From Candidatus Nomurabacteria bacterium (GTDB taxonomy: Bacteria; Patescibacteriota; Minisyncoccia; Phycocordibacterales; SBAW01): a stretch of 64,000 nt of DNA. The position numbers and the translations under genes were made by a program. Below are positions 1 through 10,019 of this stretch, piece after piece. A model generated the notes under the pieces. The model saw only the letters and a program-made list of their open reading frames with translations. It made no database searches and was not told the DNA's origin. Location: the NCBI GenBank assembly GCA_020854065.1, contig JADZGF010000016.1:20784-84783 (forward strand), in the 5' to 3' direction. The first letter of the stretch is position 1; every line of letters starts with the position of its first letter.

Positions 1-88
1 GATAGGTCGGAAAAAGTTATCCACACCCCATCTTTTAAGCCTGTCAAATCAGGGTTGACTCCCCTCGCCTTGTGTATTGTGTGTATCT

Positions 89-406
89 CTACGCAAAGCG
101 GCGCGGAGAGTAAGAGAGTCGTGCAAGATCCCGCGAGACCCACGCACCCGCAATAACGAGCGCAGCAAAAGCGATTTGAACTGGCAATTCGGTATTCAGT
201 ACTGCTGACGCTATAAAGTTGTGCGCGTTCCCTACCCCACTTTGCATAAAATTCTCGACTACGCGCTCAACCCATACCAACCGGGCAAGTAAACCCAGGG
301 CGATAAGGCATACGTAGATACGCAGTGCCGTCCCGCTTACGAGTTGCCGAGCGATATATATAGTGCCGACACTCGCCATTACCTGTTGCTCAATCTTAGA
401 TGCCAT
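89..406 (-). CDS. small membrane protein, possible anti-sigma factor partner of the upstream ECF sigma
   Basis: 105 aa ORF with two hydrophobic segments, 14 nt downstream of the ECF sigma gene on the same strand. Confidence 0.55.
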   Translation of the reverse strand: MASKIEQQVMASVGTIYIARQLVSGTALRIYVCLIALGLLARLVWVERVVENFMQSGVGNAHNFIASAVLNTELPVQIAFAALVIAGAWVSRDLARLSYSPRRFA

Positions 407-420
407 ATATCAATACATAA

Positions 421-999
421 CTATCGACGAGGATTAATGGTTTCATAAATCTTCTTAAACTCCTGTTTCGCACGATGTACCCGGGTCTTTATCGCCCCTA
501 CACTCATATTCTCCTCTTGCGCAATCTCCTCTTGAGATTTTCCTTCCAAAAAGAAGCCTGAAAGAGCCTTCGCAAGAGTCTCCGGCATACGAGTAAGCAC
601 AGACGCCACAACGTCTTCAAGCTCTTTACGCTCGAATTGGCGCAGGTTCTTATCCGGAATAAGCGCCCAGATTTCATCATCAAGCTCAACGGTCATCTCT
701 CCCCTACGCTTACGCTTTGCATAGTGCGTAAGAGCAGTATTGATAAGGATGCGGTACCCCCATGAGGAAAAACTTGCACCTTCTTGTTTTTGAAACTTCC
801 TTGCGTTGAGGTATATCTTTGTAAAAGCTTCTTGAACGATATCTTCCGCCCCTTCCCGCTCGCGCACGATACTCATAGCCTTACGCAAAAAGGGCTCCTC
901 ATACTTTCGTACGAGTATCGCAAAAAGCGACGGGTGTTCGACTGAGAGCGCAAGCACCTCTTCGTCGCTTCGGTTGGAGTCTTCGTCTAAATAGCCCAT
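421..999 (-). CDS. ECF-type RNA polymerase sigma-70 factor
   Basis: Region 2 motif AEDIVQEAFTKIY...FSSWGYRI and region 4 HTH SQEEIAQEENMSVGAIKTRVHRAK; start moved to MGYLDED to avoid overlap with efp. Confidence 0.9.
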   Translation of the reverse strand: MGYLDEDSNRSDEEVLALSVEHPSLFAILVRKYEEPFLRKAMSIVREREGAEDIVQEAFTKIYLNARKFQKQEGASFSSWGYRILINTALTHYAKRKRRGEMTVELDDEIWALIPDKNLRQFERKELEDVVASVLTRMPETLAKALSGFFLEGKSQEEIAQEENMSVGAIKTRVHRAKQEFKKIYETINPRR

Positions 1000-1043
1000 G
1001 AGCTCATATTGATATAACTCGGGTTTTATGTAAAATGTCTCCA

Positions 1044-1613
1044 ATGCTTGAATATAATGAGATTTTGCCCAAGAAGGTAATCCTCTTGGATGGAGAGCCG
1101 TATGAGGTTCTAGATGCACACGTATTCCGTAAACAACAGCGTAAGCCCGTAAACCAGACCAAACTGCGCCATCTTATCACCGGTAAGGTGACTGAACAGG
1201 CCTTCCATGTGTCCGAGAAGGTCGCGGAAGCTGATCTTTCAACCAAGACTGTTAAGTTCCTCTTTAGCAACCGTGGTGAAAACTGGTTTTGTACTGAGAA
1301 TAACCCTGGGGACCGTTTCAAACTTTCAGACGAAACCCTCGGTAGTGGTCGAAGCTTTATGAAAGCAAACATGACGCTTGAGGCTCTGGTTTTTAACGAC
1401 GACATCATTGGCGTTAAACTCCCCATCAAAATGGACCTCATCGTGAAGGAGGCACCACCCGCAGTGAAAGGCAACACTGCACAAGGAGGCTCTAAACAGA
1501 TTACGCTCGAAACAGGTGCCACCATTAACGCTCCCCTCTTTATTAACGAAGGCGACGTAGTGCGTATCAATACCGAAACCGGCGAATACGTCGAACGGGC
1601 AGACAAGCGATAA
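1044..1613 (+). CDS. efp: translation elongation factor P
   Basis: VKGNTAQGGSKQITLETGATINAPLFINEGDVVRINTETGEYVER C-terminal signature; start at MLEY, 7 nt after TAAAAT. Confidence 0.95.
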   Translation: MLEYNEILPKKVILLDGEPYEVLDAHVFRKQQRKPVNQTKLRHLITGKVTEQAFHVSEKVAEADLSTKTVKFLFSNRGENWFCTENNPGDRFKLSDETLGSGRSFMKANMTLEALVFNDDIIGVKLPIKMDLIVKEAPPAVKGNTAQGGSKQITLETGATINAPLFINEGDVVRINTETGEYVERADKR

Positions 1614-1615
1614 TC

Positions 1616-1646
1616 AAAAATCCCCTCCGAATGGAGGGGATTTTTT
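1616..1646. terminator. bidirectional intrinsic terminator between convergent efp and rpsR
   Basis: AAAAATCCCCTCC-GAAT-GGAGGGGATTTTT perfect hairpin with A/T tracts on both sides. Confidence 0.9.
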
Positions 1647-1647
1647 G

Positions 1648-1845
1648 TTAACGGACGATGTATGGAACGAGTGCCATGAAGCGCGCACGCTTTACTGCTT
1701 CAGAGAGCGCTCGCTGGTTCGCAGCTGAGAGTCCTGTGCGACGACGTGCCATGATTTTGCCATGGGGGTTGAGAAATTTCTTGATCATCTCAACGTCCTT
1801 GTAGTCGATGCGACTGAACTGCGGAATGTAGTTATCTTTTGCCAT
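1648..1845 (-). CDS. rpsR: 30S ribosomal protein S18 (Cys-less, non-zinc form)
   Basis: IDYKD...GKIMARRRTG...QRALSEAVKRARFMALVPY; rpsF-ssb-rpsR order. Confidence 0.97.
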   Translation of the reverse strand: MAKDNYIPQFSRIDYKDVEMIKKFLNPHGKIMARRRTGLSAANQRALSEAVKRARFMALVPYIVR

Positions 1846-1854
1846 AGTATTGGT

Positions 1855-2292
1855 TTAAAACGGAATGTCGTCAGGGTTAATGTCCTCCTCAGGATAATCA
1901 ATTGCATCATCCTTTGGTGCTGCTTGAGGCGCCGCATCGCTATTACGAGCCGGCGCAGAAGCACCCCCTGCCCCACCAGCGCGGCCAAAGGTCACACGCT
2001 CGGCAACAATCTCAGTGCGGTACTGCTTACCCTTCTCTGGAGAATCCCATGAGCGGGTTTGAATGCGGCCTTCGATGAGAGCCTGGCTTCCCTTTTTAAG
2101 GTATTGCGCAGTCGTCTCAGCTTGGCGACCAAAGACCACCACGTTGTGGAACTCTGGCACGTCAGTCCATTGCTCATCCTTCTTAACCCGGCGATTAGTG
2201 GCCATGCCAAAACTTGTGACATTAAAACCACTAGGAAGCGCTTTAAGCTCAGGATCGCGGGTAAGATTGCCGAAGAGGATTACTTTGTTCAT
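1855..2292 (-). CDS. ssb: single-stranded DNA-binding protein
   Basis: MNKVILFGNLTRDPEL N-terminus and DDIPF acidic tail. Confidence 0.98.
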   Translation of the reverse strand: MNKVILFGNLTRDPELKALPSGFNVTSFGMATNRRVKKDEQWTDVPEFHNVVVFGRQAETTAQYLKKGSQALIEGRIQTRSWDSPEKGKQYRTEIVAERVTFGRAGGAGGASAPARNSDAAPQAAPKDDAIDYPEEDINPDDIPF

Positions 2293-2306
2293 ACGCCTAG
2301 TATAGC

Positions 2307-2816
2307 CTAGCCAGTCAACGCATCGATCGACTTGTTGAGGTCAGTCTCAGAGACTTCACCCCCCTCCTCTTTCGCACGCGCAGGAGCTTTAATAGTCTCG
2401 CCTTCGAGACGATCTGAAGCAAATACTGCACGACGTGGCTGTGTCGAGATATCCTCACGAACAGTGTTAATAACGATTGAACGGAGTACCTCTTTCGTGT
2501 TGCGAAGCATTTCCTCAAGCGCAGCAATATTCTCGCGCTCGGTAGCAAACTTGATCCACCCGAAATAGGCTTCACTAAATTTCTCGCGCTTGCCTTGTGT
2601 GGCACGCTCGATAGTGTACGCGAGGCTCATTTTTGCTGGAACCCCTTCAGCGATTATCTCTGCATTACCAATAACTTTGCGGATCTTATCCACGACTGCT
2701 TGCACCCCGTCATCACCCACTGCAGGCACAATATGAAAACCCACCTCATAGATAGGGGTTTTAACTGCGGCTGGCGCTTGGGATGAGGGCTCGGTGCCCT
2801 GCGCTTTTTCTGCCAT
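2307..2816 (-). CDS. rpsF: 30S ribosomal protein S6 with N- and C-terminal extensions
   Basis: YEVGFHIVP...LAYTI...AYFGWIKF...EVLRSIVI pattern; position upstream of ssb. Confidence 0.9.
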   Translation of the reverse strand: MAEKAQGTEPSSQAPAAVKTPIYEVGFHIVPAVGDDGVQAVVDKIRKVIGNAEIIAEGVPAKMSLAYTIERATQGKREKFSEAYFGWIKFATERENIAALEEMLRNTKEVLRSIVINTVREDISTQPRRAVFASDRLEGETIKAPARAKEEGGEVSETDLNKSIDALTG

Positions 2817-2839
2817 GTCAGTACCCTACCAGAGGTGTA

Positions 2840-3592
2840 CTAGTTTGGCAAGGTAAAGACTTTTTGGGCATTTTTAACCGTTGCCTCTGCCACTTCATTG
2901 GTCGATATTCCTTTTATCGCAGCAATCTTTGCCACTACATCTGCCACAAAGACCGGTTCGTTGCGCTTGCCACGGTTCGGTACCGGGGCTGCAAATGGTG
3001 CGTCTGTCTCAACCAACATCTTTTCGAGCGGACATACACGAATAGAATCGTCGTACATGTCGGTATAGGTAATGGGACCTGGAAACGACAGATAGCACCC
3101 TAAATCTAGATACTTCTCGGCCAACTCTCCTGATCCGGTAAAGAAATGGATGATAACGGGAACCGTTGGAGTATGCGCGCTTAGTATCGCAATCATGTCA
3201 TCATGTGCGTCTCTGCAATGTATGACAAGCGCTTTGCCTACACGCTCTGCCAGTTCTATCTGTGTCATGAGGCGTTCCTTTTGTCCTTCCTTGCTGCTGC
3301 GGAAGTAGTCGAGACCACACTCACCTATCGCAACGACCTTAGGATCCTGCGCAAGCACTTCGTACTGCGACATATCGCTCTGCTCCTCCTCATTGGGATG
3401 AAGTCCAACAGAAGCCCAAAGAAAGTCATGTTGTTTTGCCAAGGCAAGCGCCTGGTTGCTTTCGGCAAGGTTAGTACCAATGATTACCGCCCCAACCTTT
3501 TTTTCTTGCATACGCGCAAGCACCGCATCGCGGTCGGCATCAAACTGCGACATGTATAAGTGGCAATGTGAGTCGAACAAGGTGAACGCCAT
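2840..3592 (-). CDS. tatD: TatD family hydrolase
   Basis: DSHCH, GLHP, AIGECGLDY, IHCRDA, ETDAPF motifs. Confidence 0.95.
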   Translation of the reverse strand: MAFTLFDSHCHLYMSQFDADRDAVLARMQEKKVGAVIIGTNLAESNQALALAKQHDFLWASVGLHPNEEEQSDMSQYEVLAQDPKVVAIGECGLDYFRSSKEGQKERLMTQIELAERVGKALVIHCRDAHDDMIAILSAHTPTVPVIIHFFTGSGELAEKYLDLGCYLSFPGPITYTDMYDDSIRVCPLEKMLVETDAPFAAPVPNRGKRNEPVFVADVVAKIAAIKGISTNEVAEATVKNAQKVFTLPN

Positions 3593-3594
3593 AC

Positions 3595-5028
3595 CTAGTC
3601 TTTGCGTGGGAAGAGATTCTCAGGCTTTTTGTTTGCCATAATCGCCTCGATAATCTTCTTGCTCGTCTCGGGAATAATTGGCTCGAGCATAAGGTCGATA
3701 GCGGCAAGTTCTTTCACAAGCTCGGTGATGATTGCTTTCCCTCTCTCTGCATCGTCTTTAATCACTTTAAATGGTGCAGTCTCGGTAATCTTCTGGTCGA
3801 GCACTGCTATGCGCTGCCAGACATACTCAGCTGCTTTGTTGATCTCGAAACGATCGAGCGCGTCGGTAAACTCCTGAGGATACGGTACAAACTCGACCGC
3901 CACTGGCTCAGCAAGATGCGTCTGCGCGAGTTGCATAATACGCGACGCCAAGTTGCCAATACCGTTTGCTAAGTCAGCATTGTAGGCATCTTTCAAACGC
4001 TCCATAGTAAAATCGGAGTCCTCAAACGGATGTACATGTCGTGCTAAAAAGTATCGCAACGCGTCGGTGCCATATTCAGTCGCTAGAGCTATAGGCTCAA
4101 TGACGTTACCCAGCGACTTAGACATCTTTTGCCCACCACTCGTAATAAAGCCGTGGTACACCACCGTGTCAGTATTTTTTACCTCCCCCGACATGAGCAT
4201 TGCCTGCCACATGATGGATTGGAAGCGAACTTGATCCTTTCCTGCCATTTGTACCACCTCGCCCTTTTTCCAAAAGGTTTCGAAATTACCACCTTCGTTT
4301 GGCCAACCAGTGGTCGATATGTAATTTGTGAGTGCATCAAACCACACATACATCACCTGCGTGTCATCATCGGGCACGGGTACACCCCAACTCATGCGAG
4401 CCTTTTCGCGCGAGATACTAAAATCTTCCAAGCCTGACTCAACAAATTTAATTGCTTCTTCTCGACGCCAATCAGGCAAAATAGCTTTAGGACTTTTAAG
4501 ATAGGTAAGCAATTTATCTTGATATGCACTGAGGCGAAAGAAATAGTTTTCCTCCTCTATTTCTTGCGGCTGCATACTCGGATGGTTTGGACATTTTCCA
4601 TCCACCAAGTCCGTCTCTTTTATAAACGCTTCGTCACCCACGCAATACAGACCTTTGTACTTCTTTTTGTAAATGTCGCCTTTTGCTAAACATCGGCGCC
4701 ACAACTCTTGCGCAGCCGCCTTGTGCGCAGGGTCGGTAGTGCGGATAAACGCATCGTAGGAGAGACCGAGCCCTTCCTTTAATTTGCTAAATTGGCCAGC
4801 AAAATGATCGACGTATTCTTTCACATCTCTTCCCTCCTCTTGTGCCTTTTGGAATATTTTCTGTCCGTGCTCGTCGGTACCGGTGGTAAAAAATACCTCT
4901 CTACCCATAAGGCGCTGGTATCGGGCAATAATGTCGGCATGCACAATCTCTAACGCAAACCCAATATGGGGATCAGCGTTTACATACGGCAGGGTCGTCG
5001 TGAGGTAATATGGTTTCTTGTCAGACAT
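3595..5028 (-). CDS. metG: methionine--tRNA ligase (short form lacking the C-terminal tRNA-binding domain)
   Basis: PYVNADPHIGF, GTDEHG, YVWFDAL, KMSKS motifs. Confidence 0.97.
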   Translation of the reverse strand: MSDKKPYYLTTTLPYVNADPHIGFALEIVHADIIARYQRLMGREVFFTTGTDEHGQKIFQKAQEEGRDVKEYVDHFAGQFSKLKEGLGLSYDAFIRTTDPAHKAAAQELWRRCLAKGDIYKKKYKGLYCVGDEAFIKETDLVDGKCPNHPSMQPQEIEEENYFFRLSAYQDKLLTYLKSPKAILPDWRREEAIKFVESGLEDFSISREKARMSWGVPVPDDDTQVMYVWFDALTNYISTTGWPNEGGNFETFWKKGEVVQMAGKDQVRFQSIMWQAMLMSGEVKNTDTVVYHGFITSGGQKMSKSLGNVIEPIALATEYGTDALRYFLARHVHPFEDSDFTMERLKDAYNADLANGIGNLASRIMQLAQTHLAEPVAVEFVPYPQEFTDALDRFEINKAAEYVWQRIAVLDQKITETAPFKVIKDDAERGKAIITELVKELAAIDLMLEPIIPETSKKIIEAIMANKKPENLFPRKD

Positions 5029-5037
5029 TGCTCTAGC

Positions 5038-6108
5038 CTACTTGGGGTCACCCTCAGGAGTCAAACCCTCTTTTGCAAGCGCTTTGGTCTTTGCGCGATC
5101 AATGTCAGCCACGAGCTCTTGTATCGCAGCTGCAATAGGTACCGAAAGAAGGATACCCAAGAACCCTGCCACCTTAGCCCCCACCAGAAGCGCCAAGATA
5201 ACTAAGAGCGGAGGCACGCCCACCACCTTCTTCACCACCACCGGATAGATGAGATGTGCTTCAAACTGCTGCACCAACAGATAAAGTCCTAAGACCCAGA
5301 GGGATGCGGGGACGCCTCCATGAGCAAACGCGATAGCGATCGCAGGTATTGCTGCCAAAATCTGTCCAAAGACCGGGATAAGTTCAAATACGCCGGCCAA
5401 CACTGCAAGCAACAAGGCGTTTGGTACACCTAAAATAGTGAGACCTAAATAGAGCAATACGCCCACTATCACCCCTAGCACCACTTGGCCTTGCATCCAC
5501 TTCCCTATTTTGTCCTGTGAACGCTTCCAGAGCCCCAGGATGTATGCCTGATGCGACGTTGGAGTCACCACTCGCAGGAAGTCATCAACGCCAGTTTCTT
5601 GCACTGAAAAGTAGAAGGAAAACACGATGATAAGCACAAACGCAGTAATGCCACCAAAGATAGCTGAGAGGCCAGTAAAGATACCGCCGCCCGCCTGACC
5701 CAAGGTAAACGAAATGTCGTTTAAGAATGCTGCCGAATCTGCGGTATTAATGTTTGGAATAAGCCCATTGGTAGCCTCGGAGATATTAAACGATGCAAGT
5801 GTTGCGGGAAGCCTATCAAGGAAATTTGCTGCGTCATCGAGGACAGGTGGGATAAAAAGGATAAGGAGCCCTGCAAAAAGCGAACCAGCAAGAACATACA
5901 TGAGTATGACCGAGAGAACTCGGTGCAACCCATACCGCATAAAGAAGCGTATTGCTGGCTCCATGGCCGATGCAATAACCACTGCAGTAAGGAGAATAAG
6001 GACGAGGTCACGCAGGAACCAGAGTACTGCCACCAACAGCACCAGCAGTATGCCGGTCACCATTGAGCCCGCAGTGACATTAACTTGAACGTCCCGGAGT
6101 TTATCCAT
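5038..6108 (-). CDS. AI-2E family transporter
   Basis: Multi-TM protein with ELIPVFG...QQFEAHLIYP...GVPPLLVILALLVGAKVAGFLGILLSVP signature. Confidence 0.9.
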   Translation of the reverse strand: MDKLRDVQVNVTAGSMVTGILLVLLVAVLWFLRDLVLILLTAVVIASAMEPAIRFFMRYGLHRVLSVILMYVLAGSLFAGLLILFIPPVLDDAANFLDRLPATLASFNISEATNGLIPNINTADSAAFLNDISFTLGQAGGGIFTGLSAIFGGITAFVLIIVFSFYFSVQETGVDDFLRVVTPTSHQAYILGLWKRSQDKIGKWMQGQVVLGVIVGVLLYLGLTILGVPNALLLAVLAGVFELIPVFGQILAAIPAIAIAFAHGGVPASLWVLGLYLLVQQFEAHLIYPVVVKKVVGVPPLLVILALLVGAKVAGFLGILLSVPIAAAIQELVADIDRAKTKALAKEGLTPEGDPK

Positions 6109-6141
6109 GCTCACACTCTAGCACATTGCCCTAGTTTGGGC

Positions 6142-7539
6142 CTACGCGCGGATTTTAGATTGGAGGAAGGTAACCAACTCCCCTATTGGCATGCGAGTCT
6201 GCTCACCAGTATCTCGATCACGCACCGTTACTGTGTCTTTGTGCTCAGGAGTCTCACCCAACGTATCGAAGTCGATTGTGATGCAGTACGGCGTACCCAC
6301 TTCGTCTTGGCGGCGGTAACGCTTCCCAATGTTGCCATTATCGTCCCATGCAACCTGAGGGATTTCTTTTTTAATCGTTGTGTACACTTCGCGCGCTTTT
6401 GCAACCAACTCTGGTTTGTTTTTAAGGAGTGGGAAGATTGCTGCCTTAAGGGGCGCAAGGTGTGGTGCAAGACGAAGAACAACACGCGTCTCGCCATCCA
6501 TTTCATCCTCGTAATAAGCGTCTGCGAGTACCGCGAGGAACACGCGGCCCATGCCCATTGATGTTTCGAGTATCCAAGGGATATATTTCTCCCCTGTCTC
6601 CGGATCTGTGTACCGCAAGTCAACACCAGAAAACTTTTGATGTTGCGACAAGTCGTAATCGGTTCGATCGTGAATACCCTCGACTTCATCAAACCCATGG
6701 GGAAACTCGTATTCAATATCCCACGCATCTTTTGCGTAAAAGACTAAATTTTCATGTTGTTTAAAACGCAGCTTTTTTTCGTTAATACCGAGAGATACAT
6801 ACCAATCCCATCGGTCTTTTTTAAGCGCCTCATATGCATCTTTGTTCTCGTTAGGACGAATAAAGAGCTGCGTATCGGCCTGCTCAAACTCTCGTGTGCG
6901 GAAGAGAAAGTTTCTTGGAGAAATCTCATTGCGGAACGCCTTACCTATTTGTGCAACACCAAAAGGAATTTTTGGCTGCATGGTGTCAACAATATTTTTG
7001 TAGTCAAGATAAATACCTTGGCATGCTTCCCCGGGCAAATAGACAGGTTCATTTCCCTCTGACGTAAAATCGCCAAGGTTTGTTTTTACCAACAAATTAA
7101 AAGCTTTTACTTGTGTAAATTCTTTTTTGCCGCATTTAGGACATTTAATCTTGTCACGATGCTGATCAAAAAGTTCATTAATAGCCTGTTCCGACATTTT
7201 CTCATCTGCAGTGATACCAATTGCCGCAAGTTCTTTATCAACACGAATGCGTGTGTTGCAGTTTTTACATTCAGCAAGCGGATCAGAAAAACCACCCACG
7301 TGGCCAGACGCCTCCCACGTGCGAGGATGTTTAAACATACCTGCATCAAGGCCATAGTAGTTTTCCTTATTGTAGACATTAGCCTTCCACCAAGAAGCCT
7401 TGATGTTATTGAGGAGCTCTACCCCTCGGGGACCAAAGTCATATACTCCTGAGAGGCCGCCATAAATTTCAGAACCTTGGTACACAAAACCGCGGCGTTT
7501 TGCGAGCGATACTAGTTTTTCCATCAAATCAGACGACAT
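6142..7539 (-). CDS. glyS: glycine--tRNA ligase (alpha2 homodimeric type)
   Basis: KRRGFVYQGSEIYGG, AQIGKAFRNEISPRNFLFRTREFEQ, GKRYRRQDEVGTPYCITID. Confidence 0.97.
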   Translation of the reverse strand: MSSDLMEKLVSLAKRRGFVYQGSEIYGGLSGVYDFGPRGVELLNNIKASWWKANVYNKENYYGLDAGMFKHPRTWEASGHVGGFSDPLAECKNCNTRIRVDKELAAIGITADEKMSEQAINELFDQHRDKIKCPKCGKKEFTQVKAFNLLVKTNLGDFTSEGNEPVYLPGEACQGIYLDYKNIVDTMQPKIPFGVAQIGKAFRNEISPRNFLFRTREFEQADTQLFIRPNENKDAYEALKKDRWDWYVSLGINEKKLRFKQHENLVFYAKDAWDIEYEFPHGFDEVEGIHDRTDYDLSQHQKFSGVDLRYTDPETGEKYIPWILETSMGMGRVFLAVLADAYYEDEMDGETRVVLRLAPHLAPLKAAIFPLLKNKPELVAKAREVYTTIKKEIPQVAWDDNGNIGKRYRRQDEVGTPYCITIDFDTLGETPEHKDTVTVRDRDTGEQTRMPIGELVTFLQSKIRA

Positions 7540-7574
7540 ACAGACGCCACTATATCGTAAATCACTACAACAGA

Positions 7575-9443
7575 CTAATCACGGACCTGGGTCCCCGTGG
7601 TCACGGGTTGTGCGGTCGCAGAGACCTGTATTTGTGCAAATCGATCAGTCCCCTGCAACACCGAAGAGCCGGTGAGTGTTGCAGCCCCACCTACATGTGT
7701 TGCTGATGCATTAAACCGAACTTCAAATGAGGTCCCGACCGATTCTTCGGTATACCCCGCACCTCCTGCAAGTTCCCCTATCGCCCACCGAACCGTGCGC
7801 GACCCTGCGTCATACGTGGTGCCCGTACCGCTTAAGTAGTCGACATACGGCGGCAAAATAGTCGAGACATTTGTATTTGCAACCGCGTTCGATGAATTGC
7901 GCGCAGTCCATGTTATCCGATACGTAGACTGCTCATTTGCCTCAGGTGGATTAGGGCCGCCTGTGTGGTTAACGGACGCCGAGAGTGCGAGTGCTGAAGC
8001 AAGTTGTACGTTAGTCGTTGCTGCGGCAACCACCTCTTCCGGCACCCCGACGCTATTTTGACGTGAACCACGTACGCTTAACGTAACGCCAACAGTAGGG
8101 TTCGAGTACACAACTCCACCTGTCCCTGGCACAAGCGTGGCAAAACTAAACTGCACAGAACTTTCAGCGCCAGGTGCAACAGACGCTAATGCCGGATCCT
8201 GTTGCTTGGTCCAAATGATAGTTGAGTTGGAGGATTGATAAAAACCACTACCGCTTGAGATACGGTTTTTATCGAGCATAGGACCGCTTAAGGTCACAAC
8301 GATCTCAACATCTTGAATAGGCTCAGAGAGATTGTTGCGCCAGGTGACCACACCCGCAAGCGGCTCCCCTGCTGGTGCCGCTACCGTGCTTCCGGTCTTG
8401 CCGTTGATACTGATGGTGCCGCCAATGAACGGCTTCTCTACCGTAAGAGAATGTGGAACAGATATAAACGGTACCGCTACCGCCGTGTCAGTATCATCAT
8501 CATTTTGCCCTGCCAAGAAGGTAAAGACTTTCTCATCACCATCGCTGCCTGTCATAACTCCCCGCAAGGTGAGCACGTACGTTTCGTTCGGGTCCATGTC
8601 TCCCACTTGCCAGAGCGCCCCTGCTGCCGGACGCGGATTTGCAGTGCGCACCGAGTAGCCAAATGGATATCGAGCTTCAAGCACTACATTATCAACCGGT
8701 GATGTTGAGTTGCTACGCAACGTTATCGTGGTCGTAAACTCCTCTCCCGTCACTGTCTCCGTTGGCATATCAACCTCGATCGAAATAGGCGAAGAACCGA
8801 GTGTGATCATCGAACTTGAACGTTTTTCAAACACCGCATTGGAGTTTGGCACACTATACTCGAGTCGAACCTCAATAGGTTGCGGCAATCCTTCTTGACC
8901 GAAGAATATTGCACTTGAGGTCCGCTTCACTTGTACTCCTGGCGCAACCGCACCAATAGACTGACGCTCATGAAGTTTCTCGCGCTCAGGATTCTCTGGG
9001 TCTCGGGTCCCTGGCGGATATTCAATAACAAGATCAGCGAGCAACAATGGTGACGCATTGCGGTTCGTAACGATGTATTGCATTTGCGTAACCGAACCAC
9101 TGTCGACAAGTGATGGCGCCACTATCTGTATATCGATATTTTGAGAAGATATAAAATTGCCTCCCCCAAAGAAGTAGTAGACCGAAAACGCAGCTGCGGC
9201 AACAAAGAAGATAAATGAGCCAAATAGAAATTTAGTTGCTATAGACATACCAGTTACTTGCGGTATACCAAAGCGCAGTGCCGACTGTGGAGTCTCGCGC
9301 GGCACCCCTGCCTGCCGTGGCTCCCATGCCACCGGCACTTCGCTATCTTCAGGGGTAAGTTTGGAGCGCTCGTGCTCCCCTATCTCTTCACCCCGTGAGT
9401 AGAGTTTTTTACGAAGTCCGTCGACTCCGCCCTTGTCATCCAT
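7575..9443 (-). CDS. membrane-anchored extracellular protein with tandem Ig-like/beta-sandwich (DUF11-like) domains
   Basis: Single TM near the N-terminus followed by ~520 aa beta-rich Ser/Thr/Val region. Confidence 0.7.
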   Translation of the reverse strand: MDDKGGVDGLRKKLYSRGEEIGEHERSKLTPEDSEVPVAWEPRQAGVPRETPQSALRFGIPQVTGMSIATKFLFGSFIFFVAAAAFSVYYFFGGGNFISSQNIDIQIVAPSLVDSGSVTQMQYIVTNRNASPLLLADLVIEYPPGTRDPENPEREKLHERQSIGAVAPGVQVKRTSSAIFFGQEGLPQPIEVRLEYSVPNSNAVFEKRSSSMITLGSSPISIEVDMPTETVTGEEFTTTITLRSNSTSPVDNVVLEARYPFGYSVRTANPRPAAGALWQVGDMDPNETYVLTLRGVMTGSDGDEKVFTFLAGQNDDDTDTAVAVPFISVPHSLTVEKPFIGGTISINGKTGSTVAAPAGEPLAGVVTWRNNLSEPIQDVEIVVTLSGPMLDKNRISSGSGFYQSSNSTIIWTKQQDPALASVAPGAESSVQFSFATLVPGTGGVVYSNPTVGVTLSVRGSRQNSVGVPEEVVAAATTNVQLASALALSASVNHTGGPNPPEANEQSTYRITWTARNSSNAVANTNVSTILPPYVDYLSGTGTTYDAGSRTVRWAIGELAGGAGYTEESVGTSFEVRFNASATHVGGAATLTGSSVLQGTDRFAQIQVSATAQPVTTGTQVRD

Positions 9444-9461
9444 CTGCACAGTATACCAAGC

Positions 9462-10019
9462 TTACAGTCCAGTTGCAGAAAGAGATTCATTTATCGTCCT
9501 TATGAGCATGTTGCGAGACTGCAGCGCTTTGGCTGACAGCTCCAGAGAAATACCACCTTCTACAAACTGCGCGAGCGTGGGGGTCTCAGGAAGATAGCCG
9601 AGATGCGAGAGTATCCGCAGCACTAATACCGTCTCAAGTGCATCACTATGAACGGCATCTGCTTCTGCAAGAAGTGAAAAACCTTCCATGACGCTTTTAT
9701 ACAAATCCGGATGAGCCTCTTCACCGTTCACTAACCGCAACAAAAGTGCCGTCACCCGGCCAAGAGCTGCGGTAGGACGAAGTCGCTGGTAGGCCTCTGC
9801 CCCCGTGAGACGCCACTCATGTTTACCCTGTACAAGCGCGTACCGCCCTTCTGTAAGCGCCTCTATTCCATAGCGCAGCTTAGACTGCACTACTCGGGTG
9901 GAACGAGCCTGTGCACGTATCAACCCAAACTCTGGGGTGAGGATCCACACCAAGGTGTTTGCTTCGTTTACACCGCGTTTGCGCAATACGAGCCCCTCAG
10001 TGATATGGATCTTATGCAT
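9462..10019 (-). CDS. recO: DNA repair protein RecO (short)
   Basis: TEGLVLRKRGVNEANTLVWILTPEFGLIRAQARS...SKLR OB-fold pattern and LRILSHLGYLP; start overlaps ileS stop. Confidence 0.85.
   Translation of the reverse strand: MHKIHITEGLVLRKRGVNEANTLVWILTPEFGLIRAQARSTRVVQSKLRYGIEALTEGRYALVQGKHEWRLTGAEAYQRLRPTAALGRVTALLLRLVNGEEAHPDLYKSVMEGFSLLAEADAVHSDALETVLVLRILSHLGYLPETPTLAQFVEGGISLELSAKALQSRNMLIRTINESLSATGL

Noticed and set aside
17-25. Perfect DnaA box TTATCCACA
   Set aside because: Single copy at the window edge, 50 kb from dnaA; may be regulatory or chance, and cannot be supported as an origin
1004-1606. 200-aa antisense ORF over efp and similar shadow ORFs (39773-40753, 51309-51980, 20760-21467)
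   Set aside because: Antisense shadows of well-supported genes with no independent motifs
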